Both the position numbers and the translations under genes were made by a program. The notes below the pieces were generated by a model. The model saw nothing but the letters and a program-made list of their open reading frames with translations. It did not search any database and was not told the origin of the DNA. 64,000 nucleotides of DNA from Lingula anatina (Eukaryota > Animalia > Brachiopoda), in contig CM120643.1 in assembly GCA_051362555.1 (NCBI GenBank), positions 25,734,848 to 25,798,847 on the forward strand. The letters are read 5' to 3'. Of this stretch, positions 37,502-50,505 are shown in pieces (the stretch's first letter is position 1; each line of letters begins with the position of its first letter).

Positions 37502-40500
37502 TGCTGTATTTACTGTTTTTCTCTAAAACTGATCATGTACCATCACCAGGAGAGAGAGAACAGCTAGATTACATTTGCCGCCTGTGGTTTACTTTGCTAA
37601 ACTAGAAGGTTTTGCATAATAGGGTGGCATCAAGATATATATATATATATACCTCTTGATGACACCCTATTGTGTGTGTGTGTGTGTGTGAGTGTGTGTG
37701 TGTAAATGGGCCTTGAGAGTGTCTCTGAAAAGTTACTCTTACTAAATTGTCTTTGTATTTGTTTCATTGTAAAATCCACTGCAGTCTTTTTCATTGATGG
37801 TCTCTTTTGAAAGTTAGGTCAGAAAATTCAAACAGAAACAGTAAATTTCAGAAATTTCAGAATTATTAGACATCAATTTGTGTAAAAGAATAAAATGACA
37901 CGGATTTAGATGAAAATACCACACACTCTCACAAATAGTTTAAATTGATAATTAAATCTAAGTTAAATCAAATAATTAATGTAATATTAAAAAAAAAACA
38001 GAAGAGAAAATCATAATTTCATTTGCAGACATGCTCAACGAGCAAAAGATTGAAATTGTGTCTCATACATTCACTGCTACTCAAAGGTGAAAGAGAATCA
38101 AAAAACAGATTAAAGGGTCAACTAATCTTCTCTCCCAGAAGTTTGTGCAGTGGGCACCTAAAGTCCAGTTACTTTTATCTGGCTTGGATGCTCAATGTAA
38201 TGAAATACCCATTAAATAAGTTGAAAAGAAAACTCTCATCATCAGATAATCAGTGTATTTTTCATTAGCCTCAAAGTTAAGTTTCTCCATTTATTTTCTC
38301 TAGAAAGGAACCCCTAAATATCAAAGAGTCAACCTGTTTTCAGTGAACCTCAAACAAATCAGGGGCCACCAGGAGCTAAAAATGAAACTTCATTTTCTTT
38401 AACTTCCCACCAAAGAATACATCTTAGGAGGTAGTTAGAGGTGTAGAGGAGTCCCAGACAAAATTACTTTATTAGATGCTATTTGTGTTCTCTTGGTGTT
38501 AAACAAAGGTGACAGGTGAGATATTTTTTTCTCTTTCTCTATTTCAAAACCAGAATTTGTTGTAGCCAAAAGGAAGCAAGCACTGGTATCTCTACCATAG
38601 GCACATGCACACACACACCTTTTACATATCTAGATGATAAAACAGACTTCAAAAAGAATCTATTCTAAAAAGAGACCTAATTTTGTAAAAAAAATTTTTA
38701 TTAATTCTTAGTATTGTATTTCAGCATTGGTTTGATCTGTTTTTTATCTTATAATTATTACAACTTATTATAAAAAATAATAAATTAATTATTAGTAAAA
38801 AAAAAAAAAAATCCAAAGGCAGAACATTTTATCAGTTAAATAGTAAAAAAAAAAAAAAGACTGGACTACTTGGAAAAGTAATCTCATTGTTTCTCCTCTG
38901 CATACAACACAAGGAAAGGAACAAGGCACTGACACTTGCACCCGCGTCACCCCAGGAATTCCTACTAAGTGGCTACAAACTGACCCCAAGTCAAAGTCTT
39001 CACCTGGACTGGGGGCTTCAATCCCAGGAATTTTGAAGTTTGCTGACCTTTTAATGATCCACCCATGACAGAAAATCTGCTCCTAAAATACCAAATAAAG
39101 AAGTGCATAAACTGGTTCTGGATCTGATAGACAGGGGAAAAAAGACAAACAGACCAAGTCTTGGTAGGTGTTTGTACTTACTGACATATGACTGCCTGCC
39201 TGCAGATAAAGTTATAGTGAAACATGCACCACCCCTTCCCTTCATTGCAAAAAATCACTTTGAAAATTCTATAACCTGAAACTCTTCCATGTTCAATAAA
39301 ATTTATAAGCAGACACACCCACGGGGTGACCTTGACTTTTGCAATGGTGCGGGGAGGGGGGGGGGGGACAAGATTGAAAATTTGAAACAGTGAGAATAAT
39401 TTTACTTTATATTTGTGGGGTTCAGGTTGAGAGGGGTTCTGTGCCTCCAAAGCTAGGGGGGAGAAGAGAGGGGGCAAACGTGCCCCCCCCCCCCAGACCT
39501 CCCCCATCACACAGTCTGACACTTTATTTATAACAGTTCTGTGTCAGGAGTGCTGCTGTCAACACTTATGTAGTTACTGTCACTGCATCTCATACATAAT
39601 AAAATGAAATATACTACAGATACTAGTAGTTTTATATACTTCACTGCTTCATTTGCATTTAAACATCATTCCATACATCCAAACTATGAAATTTTACAGT
39701 AACATATTTAAAACAACAATGTTATTCCCTTTTCAGCTTTCCAAACCATTCATAAACATTGATACACAGAGAAAATGTTTATATGCTACATGGTAATTTG
39801 CAGCAGGTGCAGATAGGATAAAACAGATCCATATTGAGTGAAATCACTCACCAAAATGTGACATAATCAGCAATAACGATGTGATAAAAGATCAACCTTA
39901 AAACCTTATGAAAATGGCAAATTCTTATGTGTTATCAATGGAACACATTTACTGCATTAATTTTCCTAAAATTGATGATGTACATATTGGCTTGTTGTTG
40001 GGCACATGTTTCAGTGACTACAAGTCAAATTTATTGATAAATGCTATACCCTGGGGATTATTGCTGCTTTAGCAAGGCATTTTCAGATGATGATGATGAT
40101 GATGATGATACAGGTATTGGAACAATTAAGATCAATGCCTGAACTACCTATTTCATTACCATAAACTATATGATCTGATGAAACTTTAATAATGGGATTT
40201 TTTGGTTCTACATTTTTTATTCACTTCACAGTTATTACATTTATTTTAAGATACAATGAGTATTTTTTTTTCTGCCAAAGAGCAATCACAATTTTTCAAG
40301 TTTCATAGAAGCAGGAAAAAAGCTAGCAGTTCTTCACAAATGACCTCTGCAAAATGAAGGCAGGGCAGCTGTCTTTCTTTTCCTGCTTTTTATGAGCAAA
40401 TCCTCCGCCCTTCTATCAAATCATTGACAAGAGAATAGCTAAATGAACCAGTACTGTCATGAAACACAGTTGGATTATTCCGGTGTAAAGCCTTCTGATT

Positions 40501-42664
40501 TTTGCCATATGGAGATGATGGCAATTCCAGCATGGTCAACTAAACCACCACTCTCCCGAAAACAATGTTTCAGATGTGTGCAAAATTGCATGTTCGTATT
40601 CTTAAGACAATCGCTGAAGTTACCCAAAGTTAGACATAACAAGCCCCCAAAACAGTTCATCATTGAAGAAATTCTGTCAGATAATCCTGATTTCTGCCAG
40701 ATGAGAAGGAAGCGGGGAAAAGAATGCCTCTTTGATCCAAACTAGTGCCGCTGTGAAGGAGGGGATAACGTGAACGATATGGACCCATCAGACTGTGCAA
40801 GTCTTATTTTCTAGAACAATATCCTCAGAATAAGAAACCATTCCCACTTCATGTAATCAATTATGAGGGCCAGTGTCACTGTTGATTTTATCTAATGTGG
40901 GAGGGGGTTAGAGGAATAATAAGTTTTATGACATGCTTAGATAGGTCTGAATAGTAAGAACTTTGTATCTTTTTATTCACATAATGGTGACAGGGTGAAC
41001 ACTTGGTGGAGATAGGTTTAAAATGACCTTAATTGGTCATTTCCTTACATCTTTCTGGACTCTAGAATAAAATCTCAAAAATGTGAAACAGTCGGTTGCA
41101 ATTACACTGATAATAATTCTCTCCCTAAAACAAGTTTTATCTATTGTTTCCTGAGATTTGGTCTGTTAATAAAAGACAAAAGTGACCCCTATGGCTGATG
41201 TCAAGATTATTCTGGTCCACTATAGCCAAGCCAACAGGTGCTCTGAGCAAAATACAGGCTGTGCAGAAAGTATATGTAAAATGATTTAATAAAAAATAGA
41301 TGCCAATCTGAAAAATAACTGCAATAACTGGATCATGTCAAATTATATACGTATCCAGCACCATATTGTAATACAGAAATTATCACACATTTTTTTTGCC
41401 ATTTCTTAATTGACATGATCTAAAACACTTCTTTCTGTTTTTTCACAATTAAAAGCTAAGATGAACCCATGTGCAATCTGACCCATTCTCTAATTTACTA
41501 CACAGGCAATTTTTCAACAAAACAGGACTGGCTAATCAGCATTCCAACTGTGGTCTCGTCATGTTTTCATATACCTGGGCCACTGGAATTGAAAACAAGG
41601 ACAATGCAAGATTCCCACATTAAAGATGATAACTATAGATGGAAGCAAGCTACCAAAACAACTTTAATGATCAGTAAAGTAGGCATCAAAGGTACCATTC
41701 CCCCTGCCAGGCATATTTTTTTCACCAAGAAAACAAACAGATGTACTCACTCATGAATGTAAGTTGTATCTAAATAAACTTATGCCACACTTTTTGGTCT
41801 TTTTTTTTCAATTTTATGAAAAAAGATTCCTTTAAGCAAGGCCTATTTGGATATTAAAACACAGTTACAGATCAACTTGGAAAAGAATCTATCATTACAT
41901 ATAAGACTCTAAGTAAAGATGTAAGATGAACATGGGCCATTTGAGGTCTTTAACTGATATAATTATGATTTCATTGTTTATCAGGAATTAAGAATGCAAT
42001 GAATAACAAAAGAGAGTAAGACTCTTGCATGAAATTGTGCCTTGTAATGTGAAAAAACCCCAACAGACAATGGTAATGACTTGAATTTTTCAATGGGAAA
42101 ATTAATTTTACAGATATTTTATTTTAGTTTAAGTCATAACTTCTTAAAATTAGAAGATTATCATTCAATGAAAGCATAAAATCCAAAAAGCAGGCTATAG
42201 TTCAATACAATACAGTAAAATAACCAAAATGCTACACAGAAATATCAATTTTAATGATTCCAAACTATGTTTCTGAAAGATAAATAATTATACCTAGTGA
42301 AAGGACGGAGTCATTACTGTACATAGCATACTACAAACACAATGGCTTGGAACAACTCCGGCTTCTCTGTCACAATCAGCTGTAGTCTGAATACTGTGGA
42401 GGTTGCAGAACCACAGATTAATTATTCGTTGTTTTCTTTAACACGATAAAGTGCAGAAAAGTGCCATCAATTAACCAGAGACATATCTGTGAATATCTAG
42501 TGAAAAAAACCAACAGTTGACCCAGGAAGAAGGTGGGTAGGAAGAACAAAACGAAATAAATTTAAAAGAAAATTTACAGGACTAAAAACAGTAAGCTATC
42601 AAAGATAGATTAGATACAACAGGGACAGTGGGAGATAGGAGAGTAGAAGAATGAAGAGATACTT

Positions 42665-42865
42665 GGGGTGCATTCACATAAACCCAGCGTACTACATAGA
42701 TTGTTCCACCAATAAATTGGCTCAAATGTCTGCCATGCCTCCTCGAGCAGCTAGGGGGTAATTAGGCCTAGGGCAGACGAAAGTTAATTACCTTCCCTAG
42801 CTGCCCCAGGAGGCATGGCAGACAATTAAGCTGATTACACTGATTGCACTTTGTGAGAACCCCCC
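42665..42865. mobile_element. Degenerate MITE-like element with a strong internal inverted repeat
   Basis: Ends ggggtgcattcaca / tgtgagaacccc; internal arms tgtctgccatgcctcct..gcagctaggg (42727) and ccctagctgc..aggaggcatggcagaca (to 42824). Confidence 0.6.
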
Positions 42866-45137
42866 GCAGAGTTAGATCGACCCAGCTGGTTTGATATCTG
42901 AATCTGAATGCTGTTTTAGAGTATTAAGAAACCCTGCATGTTGCTTCTAACTGTCACTTTATACAAAACATCAAATCAAAACTACATTAAAATTCACACC
43001 TACATTTGCAGGTGAAATTCTTAAATTGAGTCGTTAATCTGGTTTACATTTCACAGACCTAAAGAATTGGCTGTAATTAGTGTAACTAACATCCTGAGCA
43101 CTGTTCTCTGTTCATTAACACCTCAGGTACACGATGTACTAACCACGAGGCACACGGGGGAGCAGAAAGTGCGTGGGGGTTTACAGACTAAACATACAGG
43201 AATTTATTACAGGTTAATCTGTAAGGCATTCAGAGAGGATGTAACATACACTATCACTTGTGTTTAACTTCAGGTGAAGAATATATATAAATGTGTGGCA
43301 GTGTGTTATGGTGATTATCAATTTGTACGTTGCCATTTTATCTTAAAATTACAAATTATACAAGCTTCCTTGAAGACTGGAGAGAAAGTACTAGTGCATT
43401 GCAGAATGTTTTTTGAAAAACAAAATGCAATAACAGTACAATTCACAAGAAGGAATTAAAGCAAATCTCATAGTAAATCTAAGTAAAAAAAATTTCAAAT
43501 TAGTTACATGCTACTTTTTATGTGTGTTTGATATTTTTGCAAAAGTCATCACTGAAACAATTTTCTAAACACCCCTTACCCAAACAGTGGAGTTATATCT
43601 ACCAGTAGCGCTCACATTTCTGATTAGTTCTAAACCACTGCCATAAAGACGAGCATTCATGCAGTGTGACATGTTTTTCCATCCACAACATTAGTAATCA
43701 AGACTTTCATTAAGACTTCTTCTTAAATGAACAGTTCCGTGACATGTACGCCCAGGAAATGTCATTCTCTTAAAAACACTGTTCTGCTTAGTAAATTAGT
43801 TTCTTTAAATTGCCCTCAGCTGATCTGTTTGTTTCTTTCTAACTCTATGTATATATTCTATGTGTGAATGTATATATAAATAATGAGAAACTAACGCCGC
43901 CTGATGTTTCAAAATATTAATCAAGTTATGATCGAGACTTAACTAGTTACTGGAATTTATAACCATTTTTATTTAAAATATATCCTCTCTGAAACTGAAA
44001 TATCACACTGTGCCCAGAGACTTTCCAGACAGTAGGAAAACCATCTCTCCCCTAACATCCACTTATATTTCCCCATTCTGGAACATATGACTAAATATTC
44101 TGCAACTTTTGTAACTTACGTATCTGATGCAAAGAGGATATCATCCAACATGTGAAAAAAATCCCATCTTTAAACTTAGTTTACAAAATTAAATCCCATA
44201 TTTGACTTTTATGTTACAACATATTGTAAAGCACTGCACTGCATTCTGAATACATATTTTTTTATAAATGGATTTCTTATTACACTCTCTTTTACACACA
44301 CACAACACACACACACACATACACAAACACACACACACACCAATCAGGGCATCCTGTGTCTCCAGGTCTATTTGTACTAGTAATGAAGATGGTGTGCGTT
44401 AAGTAGAGGGAGGTCACCTTCAGCACCCTGTAACTCAGGTTTACAACATTTCCTTCACATCAATTATAAAATGCCTTATAAAATGGGGGGGGGGGGGGGG
44501 GGGGGGAGAAAAGGAGGTTCATCAAGGTTAATGCTCTCTGTAAACCCCCCCCCATGACATGCCTAGAAGACAAAAAGATAATGCACTGAAATAATAGTAG
44601 ACAGATTACATCAAAACGTGAATCACTGTGGTAATCTCATGTCAGAGAATGAGACATCTTATCATGAACCCTGCAGCCATAATGTAACATAGAGACTGCT
44701 TCAGTACTGGATTCAAATATCACCAGCCCTGTACTGTCCAGAGGGGGCCTGATATGAAATGATCATATTTCATACGGAATCTAAATATATACTAGGGATT
44801 TGGCTGTTGCTAAAAAAATTTATATGTACTGACTTGCTGAAAACTAGTATAATTTTTTTTTCATTCTGAAGACTTTTAAATTGTGACTGGTAAAGTCCCA
44901 AGTGTTGGGGCAAAAGCTTTCCAGGTACACTTTCAGCTTATTGTATAGAAATTGAACTGTTTTAGATTTCATCATTATGATCAACGCTACTACACAGATC
45001 AACTTTCTTCAAAAAATGAAAATTGCAGATTTCATGACTATAAAGGGCTATTAAAATCTCGAGTGAAGCTGTTACATGTGCACATTCACATGCACACAAA
45101 TGCAAAAACATGCATAAATGCACATGCATACATGTGC

Positions 45138-45166
45138 CCACACACACACACAACATATATACGCAT

Positions 45167-45199
<33 letters not shown>

Positions 45200-45215
45200 A
45201 CATATATACACATGT

Positions 45216-45248
<33 letters not shown>

Positions 45249-45268
45249 CACACCATATATACACATGT

Positions 45269-45320
<52 letters not shown>

Positions 45321-45363
45321 CATATATACACATGTACACACACACACACACACACACACATGT

Positions 45364-45436
<73 letters not shown>

Positions 45437-45469
45437 CACATGTACACACACACACACACACACACACAC
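45138..45469. repeat. Compound (CA)n array with recurring catatatacacatgta interruptions
   Basis: Higher-order repeat of CA runs; source of the CV-repeat and HT-repeat ORFs. Confidence 0.95.
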
Positions 45470-48400
45470 CAAGTGAAGGAAAAACTATTACCACAGGTGA
45501 ATCCAAACAATTTGAGGGTTCTTTAGACTGAAGGTTTTTTGCAATGACTTTCTTCCTTTTATTCTTCCTTCTTTCTTTCTTTTTATTTAATTACAGCATA
45601 TAATCAATAATCTGGGCATTTATACATGTAGGTCCACAGGCTCATAGTTCAAGACTGAAACATTAAAAGACTTTTGAAAGCTAAGATTCCATGCACTGAT
45701 AGTTCATAAGTCCAAAACTACTATTCAGTAAAAAGTTAAAAGTCCAAAAGTTAATTCAATAGACACTGTTTTAAGACGATCACGGGTAGAAACTATTCCT
45801 GTTTTGCTTATTTTTCTAATGGCAGTTGCTATTTAACCTTTGGGACAATGAAACCTGAACAAATATTTAAAAAAAAAATCTGGACCAATGAACCTCTAAG
45901 AGTAAAATTAAAGCGAGCCATCAAACCAAGGAGCCAGTGGACTAATAATGAACACTCGGGCTATCTAGAAGCATCTCTCTGCTATCTGCACCAAAAACCA
46001 TCCAGGTGAGAGTTTATTTACCTTGAAGTTATCAAAGGACCACAGGTAAACCTGCTACCTGCATTAGATCCACACTGCTTAGTCTATCACCTGAGCCACC
46101 AGATTACCAGGATGATGATAAAAATAAAAAATACTAGACAAAACATGGAAACTTTTACAGCATGTTGCAACTGTAGCATTCCACCACAACATCATTATTA
46201 TGTGTCGCTGCATCTGTCTGGACAGATTGGCTGATGAGACCTGTTGCCATGGTAACTGGCCTAATCAACACGTTCAGGAAAACTTTCATGGCATCTCCTT
46301 GGTATAATTGAGATATTTGTACCTGTCTGCCATTCCATAGCCCTCCTCTCCCCCCCCCCTCCAATCCTCCCAATACATTGAGGGAAACCCTCAAAACATG
46401 TTTCCAACATAATTAAGATGCCTGAATCCACATATCTTCTCCACCCTCTTCCTTTTTTTATCTTCTGGCACATAAATTTCATAGTATTCTGTGATCATGC
46501 ACTATAAAATCAACTTCAGTAAGGGATCCCATAACTTTTCACTCTCTTGATCATTGTGATGAATATATATTACCTGATCAAGCAACTGATGACAACTAAT
46601 TTTGTCACTTAATTAATACTACATATTTATGAATGGATTATGGCCTTTATACTTTAAAATGCAGATTCAAAACTGTTGCCATTGCAGATTTTACTCTATA
46701 ATCTGCAAAAACAAGAGTTGTGAAAATATGTATTTCTCCTGGTTATTTCTGCTGTATAGGAAAATATCGACAAATGGAATAAATTGACATGGAATATAAA
46801 AGAATTATATATTTTCATCCACCTTTTTTATTTATAAAAAAAGTTTATTCAAGTGACTACTTAAATAAGCAGTTAAAATATATGCAAGTATATCAGGCAA
46901 AAAAAAAAAAAAAAAAAAAAAAAAACAGTCTCATAGCTTATCTTCTTCTTAAACTTCAGAATCTGTTTTATATGCGATTTCAAATTAAAAGTCTCTAGTC
47001 ATTTTCATTAACTACAACAAAATACCATATAAAAAAATCTATTGCATACTCTCACCCAAATCAATATATTTCACATTAATCTTTTCTAAACAAGGTATCT
47101 CCCACTATGTGTAAACTATTCAGTTTATCTTTCAAAAGCCAATGCATTTCTAACCTTCAGTATGGAATCCACTCCCCACAGAAACAGAATACACAGTTTT
47201 ACACAGGCAATCTTCCTGCATCCTCGGCTTACCCAGCACATGGTGTGTGGACCAGAGTGTCTGCTCTGCTTGCTAAGAACTCTCCCCCAGCAAACTACTA
47301 CTCCCTAATCACTAAACACGATACAGCAGGGAAAAAGCACTGCTTACTAAATAAGAGCCAATTAACAATCCAGGTTTCTGGGCTGTCAATAATTCATCAA
47401 TGGCCAACACACTGGACAGTGAAAAGGAATTATGTGGCATTCATCTTGCCAGGCTGATGAAGTCTCATTCTAGGCCATGACTCTGGATAGTGATAAAGTG
47501 GAGCTCTGCTACCATAATGTATACACACAAAAACATGCCATTTTCAAGACAGTTCCATGAATTGGATTGGTTAGCTTCTTCTTGTCCAGGTCCTATCCCA
47601 GCAAGGTATTCAATGTATTCAATGTATTCAATGTACCACTGCCCTTGAGAACAGTACAATAAGAATAGTATTTATAAAGCATACACCATCACTACAAACC
47701 ACTCACTTTGTCTTTCTTACCTTTTAAAAAAGGTCTTTTGCCTAAAAATAATTATTATTATTACTGTTATTAGTGATAATGAGAAGTTAATGAAAGTAAA
47801 ATTAGTGCTTTGAAATAAGCAATGAAATATGATATGAAAAAATAGCTTCTATAACTTTTGTTGAAAAGAATTTTAAGTAGTGCGGGCATTGTCACTGGCA
47901 GATCAGAACATCTAGAGGTATTCGGGAGGGGGGGGAGAAGGGGCATTTTGCAACATTTTGCACTGTCAAGTACATGAACCATGCATTTTTCTGTAGGACC
48001 CATGACCAGTGTATGTTTTTTTTTTTTGTTTTTTTTTACCATTTTGGTATAGTAAACCTGTAGGTTGAAGTGGAAATTTTGTTTCAGGTTAAGGGGTCCA
48101 AACCCCTCAGGTATCCCCCAGAACCATTATTTATATTTTCACTAAAGAACATCCACCTGAATCAGTAAGTACACTTTGCTGATGCTTTTTATCTTTTTAT
48201 TTTTTGCAAATACGTACTTAGTTACCTTCAATTTCTTATACTACTTATCAACGTCTGCATCTTTATCTTTTATTGCTTCCTTTTATCAATAATCATATTA
48301 GTATACATACAAGGGGGAATTCTTCAAATAATGTAAAAATAAAATAACCTGCATACCTGAACCCTTTGTTTGTCACAACACAAAACATTTCATGAGCCCC

Positions 48401-49049
48401 AGGGCAAACAAGTGAAAAAAGTGTTCGCTTGAAGTTCAGTCTCAATCATGAGGGGCATAAGTACGAAAATGATAATATTATCGCAGCATTTTTATCAAAC
48501 CACCTGCACTTGATGGTATCTTCACTGGTTGTGTTCATCTGTTAAATCTATCAAATAAAGATAAGTAGAGCTTTTCAACTGAAGGTGGTCCATATTTGTC
48601 CAAATGCAACAAATCTCTTTAGAACAAGTATCACACATTGTCTGATTAGACATTCCTGCACTGGGAGAAAAAAAGCACTGTCCCTCAAGCCCCCAGGGGA
48701 AAACGAACTTCATTCATAGCTTAGCTTATTGCTATGTATAAGAAGGGTTTTTTTCAGTGGGAATAAACAAATAATAATAAACTTAATTCAGAAATGACAG
48801 AGACATAGAAGAGACAAGTCCTGCTATTTTTAAAGTTTTGAACAGAAAATAATAGATCCACTATGAATAGTATTGTCTTAGAAAGAAAAAGTTATCTCTA
48901 TATACAATAAATCACTCCATATATCTTATCTTTTACACGCTATGAAGAAAGTATTACATTGAGGATGTGTTCACAACCAAGTTAAACCACAGCCTAACTA
49001 AGCCATGGCTCAAATATGACATGACCCGCTTGAAGCACATAGAGATTTA

Positions 49050-49603
49050 TACCCCATTCACACTACAGTTGCAAAAATGCGCATTTCTATAATTCGGATT
49101 TTTCGTGAGGAATCCCATTCGGTATTGCGTTCACACTCGCGAAGCGATACCGAATCCCACGTTGAAAATTTCAGGTTTCTTTTCCTGTTTTGAACACTCG
49201 CGCATACGCCGCACAGGAAAACTCAAAATACCAACAAAAAAAAGTGACGGCAAATGTATCTCAAAAAGACATTCCAGCATTCTTGGGAAGCATAAGATGG
49301 CAAAATAAGTTTGTTTCCTCATGTTGTAGTGAGTGGTAACCTCCAAATACATTTGGTGCAATTGCTAAAGTAATAAACAAGCGTTCATAGATACCCACAC
49401 TTATCTGCACACATGTGCAGTAAGATCTGTACAGGTGTCGATTCCGGTAAGTTATTCGGATCGCGCTTAGAAATCCACCTCGCTTGCAGGATTTTGAAAA
49501 TTCGCCTTACAGAAATCCTCTTGCGTTCACACTACTGCATTTATTCGAACTGTGACCTAATTCGCAACTTATCCAGATAACTGAGCGTAGTGTGAATGGG
49601 GTA
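49050..49603. mobile_element. 554-bp non-autonomous PIF/Harbinger-type element, TTA TSD
   Basis: tta|taccccattcacactac...gtagtgtgaatggggta|tta (17-bp perfect TIR); CpG-rich interior with internal gcgttcacact motifs. Confidence 0.88.
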
Positions 49604-49759
49604 TTAATTACACTTGCAAGGATGGTGCACATCAGTGGTGGAGAATCCATAAAGAGATTATGGGTCATGCTTACAAGTGCGGGCCATATTTGAGCCACAG
49701 TACATTTAGGTTGCTGTTCAACAACCTAGGTAGTTTAGGTAATTGAGAACAGAGCCTAA

Positions 49760-49934
49760 GGTCGCATTCAGAACAGTGGACTAACTAGTCCCATGGTCAA
49801 ATATGGCCGACCCACTTGAATACTTTCCCATAGGTAATCTATTTAGTGTTTATTAGTGGATTAGATATCAAGCTTTGTAGTGGGCCACCATATTTGACCC
49901 TTGGACTAGCTAGTCCACTGTTCTGAATGTGGCT
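49760..49934. mobile_element. 175-bp Harbinger-type MITE, TAA TSD
   Basis: taa|ggtcgcattcagaacagtggactaactagtcc...ggactagctagtccactgttctgaatgtggct|taa. Confidence 0.88.
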
Positions 49935-50464
49935 TAAGTCTTCTTTACACAGACAAAGATGACAGTACGTTGGATAAGTGCAAGTTATTATTCAGTACAC
50001 TCCTGTCCTGTCCTCAACACAGGCTAAGGTTATTTTTGCATCAGAGTCACACAGTCAGAATATCAATTCATATTTGAAACACCAGCTCACATATGTTTTT
50101 AGTTACATTAATAGTAATAAATAGACATCTTAATCAGCTACTGATGACGGACGCCAAAGCTGGCAACCCCTATTATACAGTGGTCAAGTTACAGTTTACA
50201 AATATTTACATTAGCAACACTGCTCTGATTTGTGTGCATGCACATGTGCGTATACAAAAGATATACTGATGCACATGAATGTGTATGAATGCATATTTCT
50301 ATGCATGTCTGTGCGTATTTATGCAAGCAAAACACATATATACAGTCACTTATATACATATACCTAGCAACCAACATGATTTTGCTTTTTGACACGGATA
50401 ATTAACGATACACAATTTGTAATAATTTTGAACCAGTTGATCTAGTTAGTAATATTCTTTTCAT

Positions 50465-50505
<41 letters not shown>

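Noticed and set aside
38900-39030. Possible tRNA-derived SINE or tRNA (B-box-like gggattgaagccc on the minus strand)
   Set aside because: No A-box or cloverleaf could be built and there is no second copy in the window.
40443-40745. 100-aa plus-strand ORF in the intergenic region
   Set aside because: No recognisable domain, no convincing splice partners, and a length that can arise by chance.
44962-45531. Long CV-repeat and HT-repeat ORFs (similar ones at 5619, 24044, 25845, 29503, 35064, 56938)
   Set aside because: Translations of (CA)n/(TG)n and (GA)n microsatellites.
46225-46295. CTGATGAG followed later by GAAA, as a possible hammerhead ribozyme
   Set aside because: The flanking sequence does not form stems I-III around the core, and stem II does not close next to GAAA.
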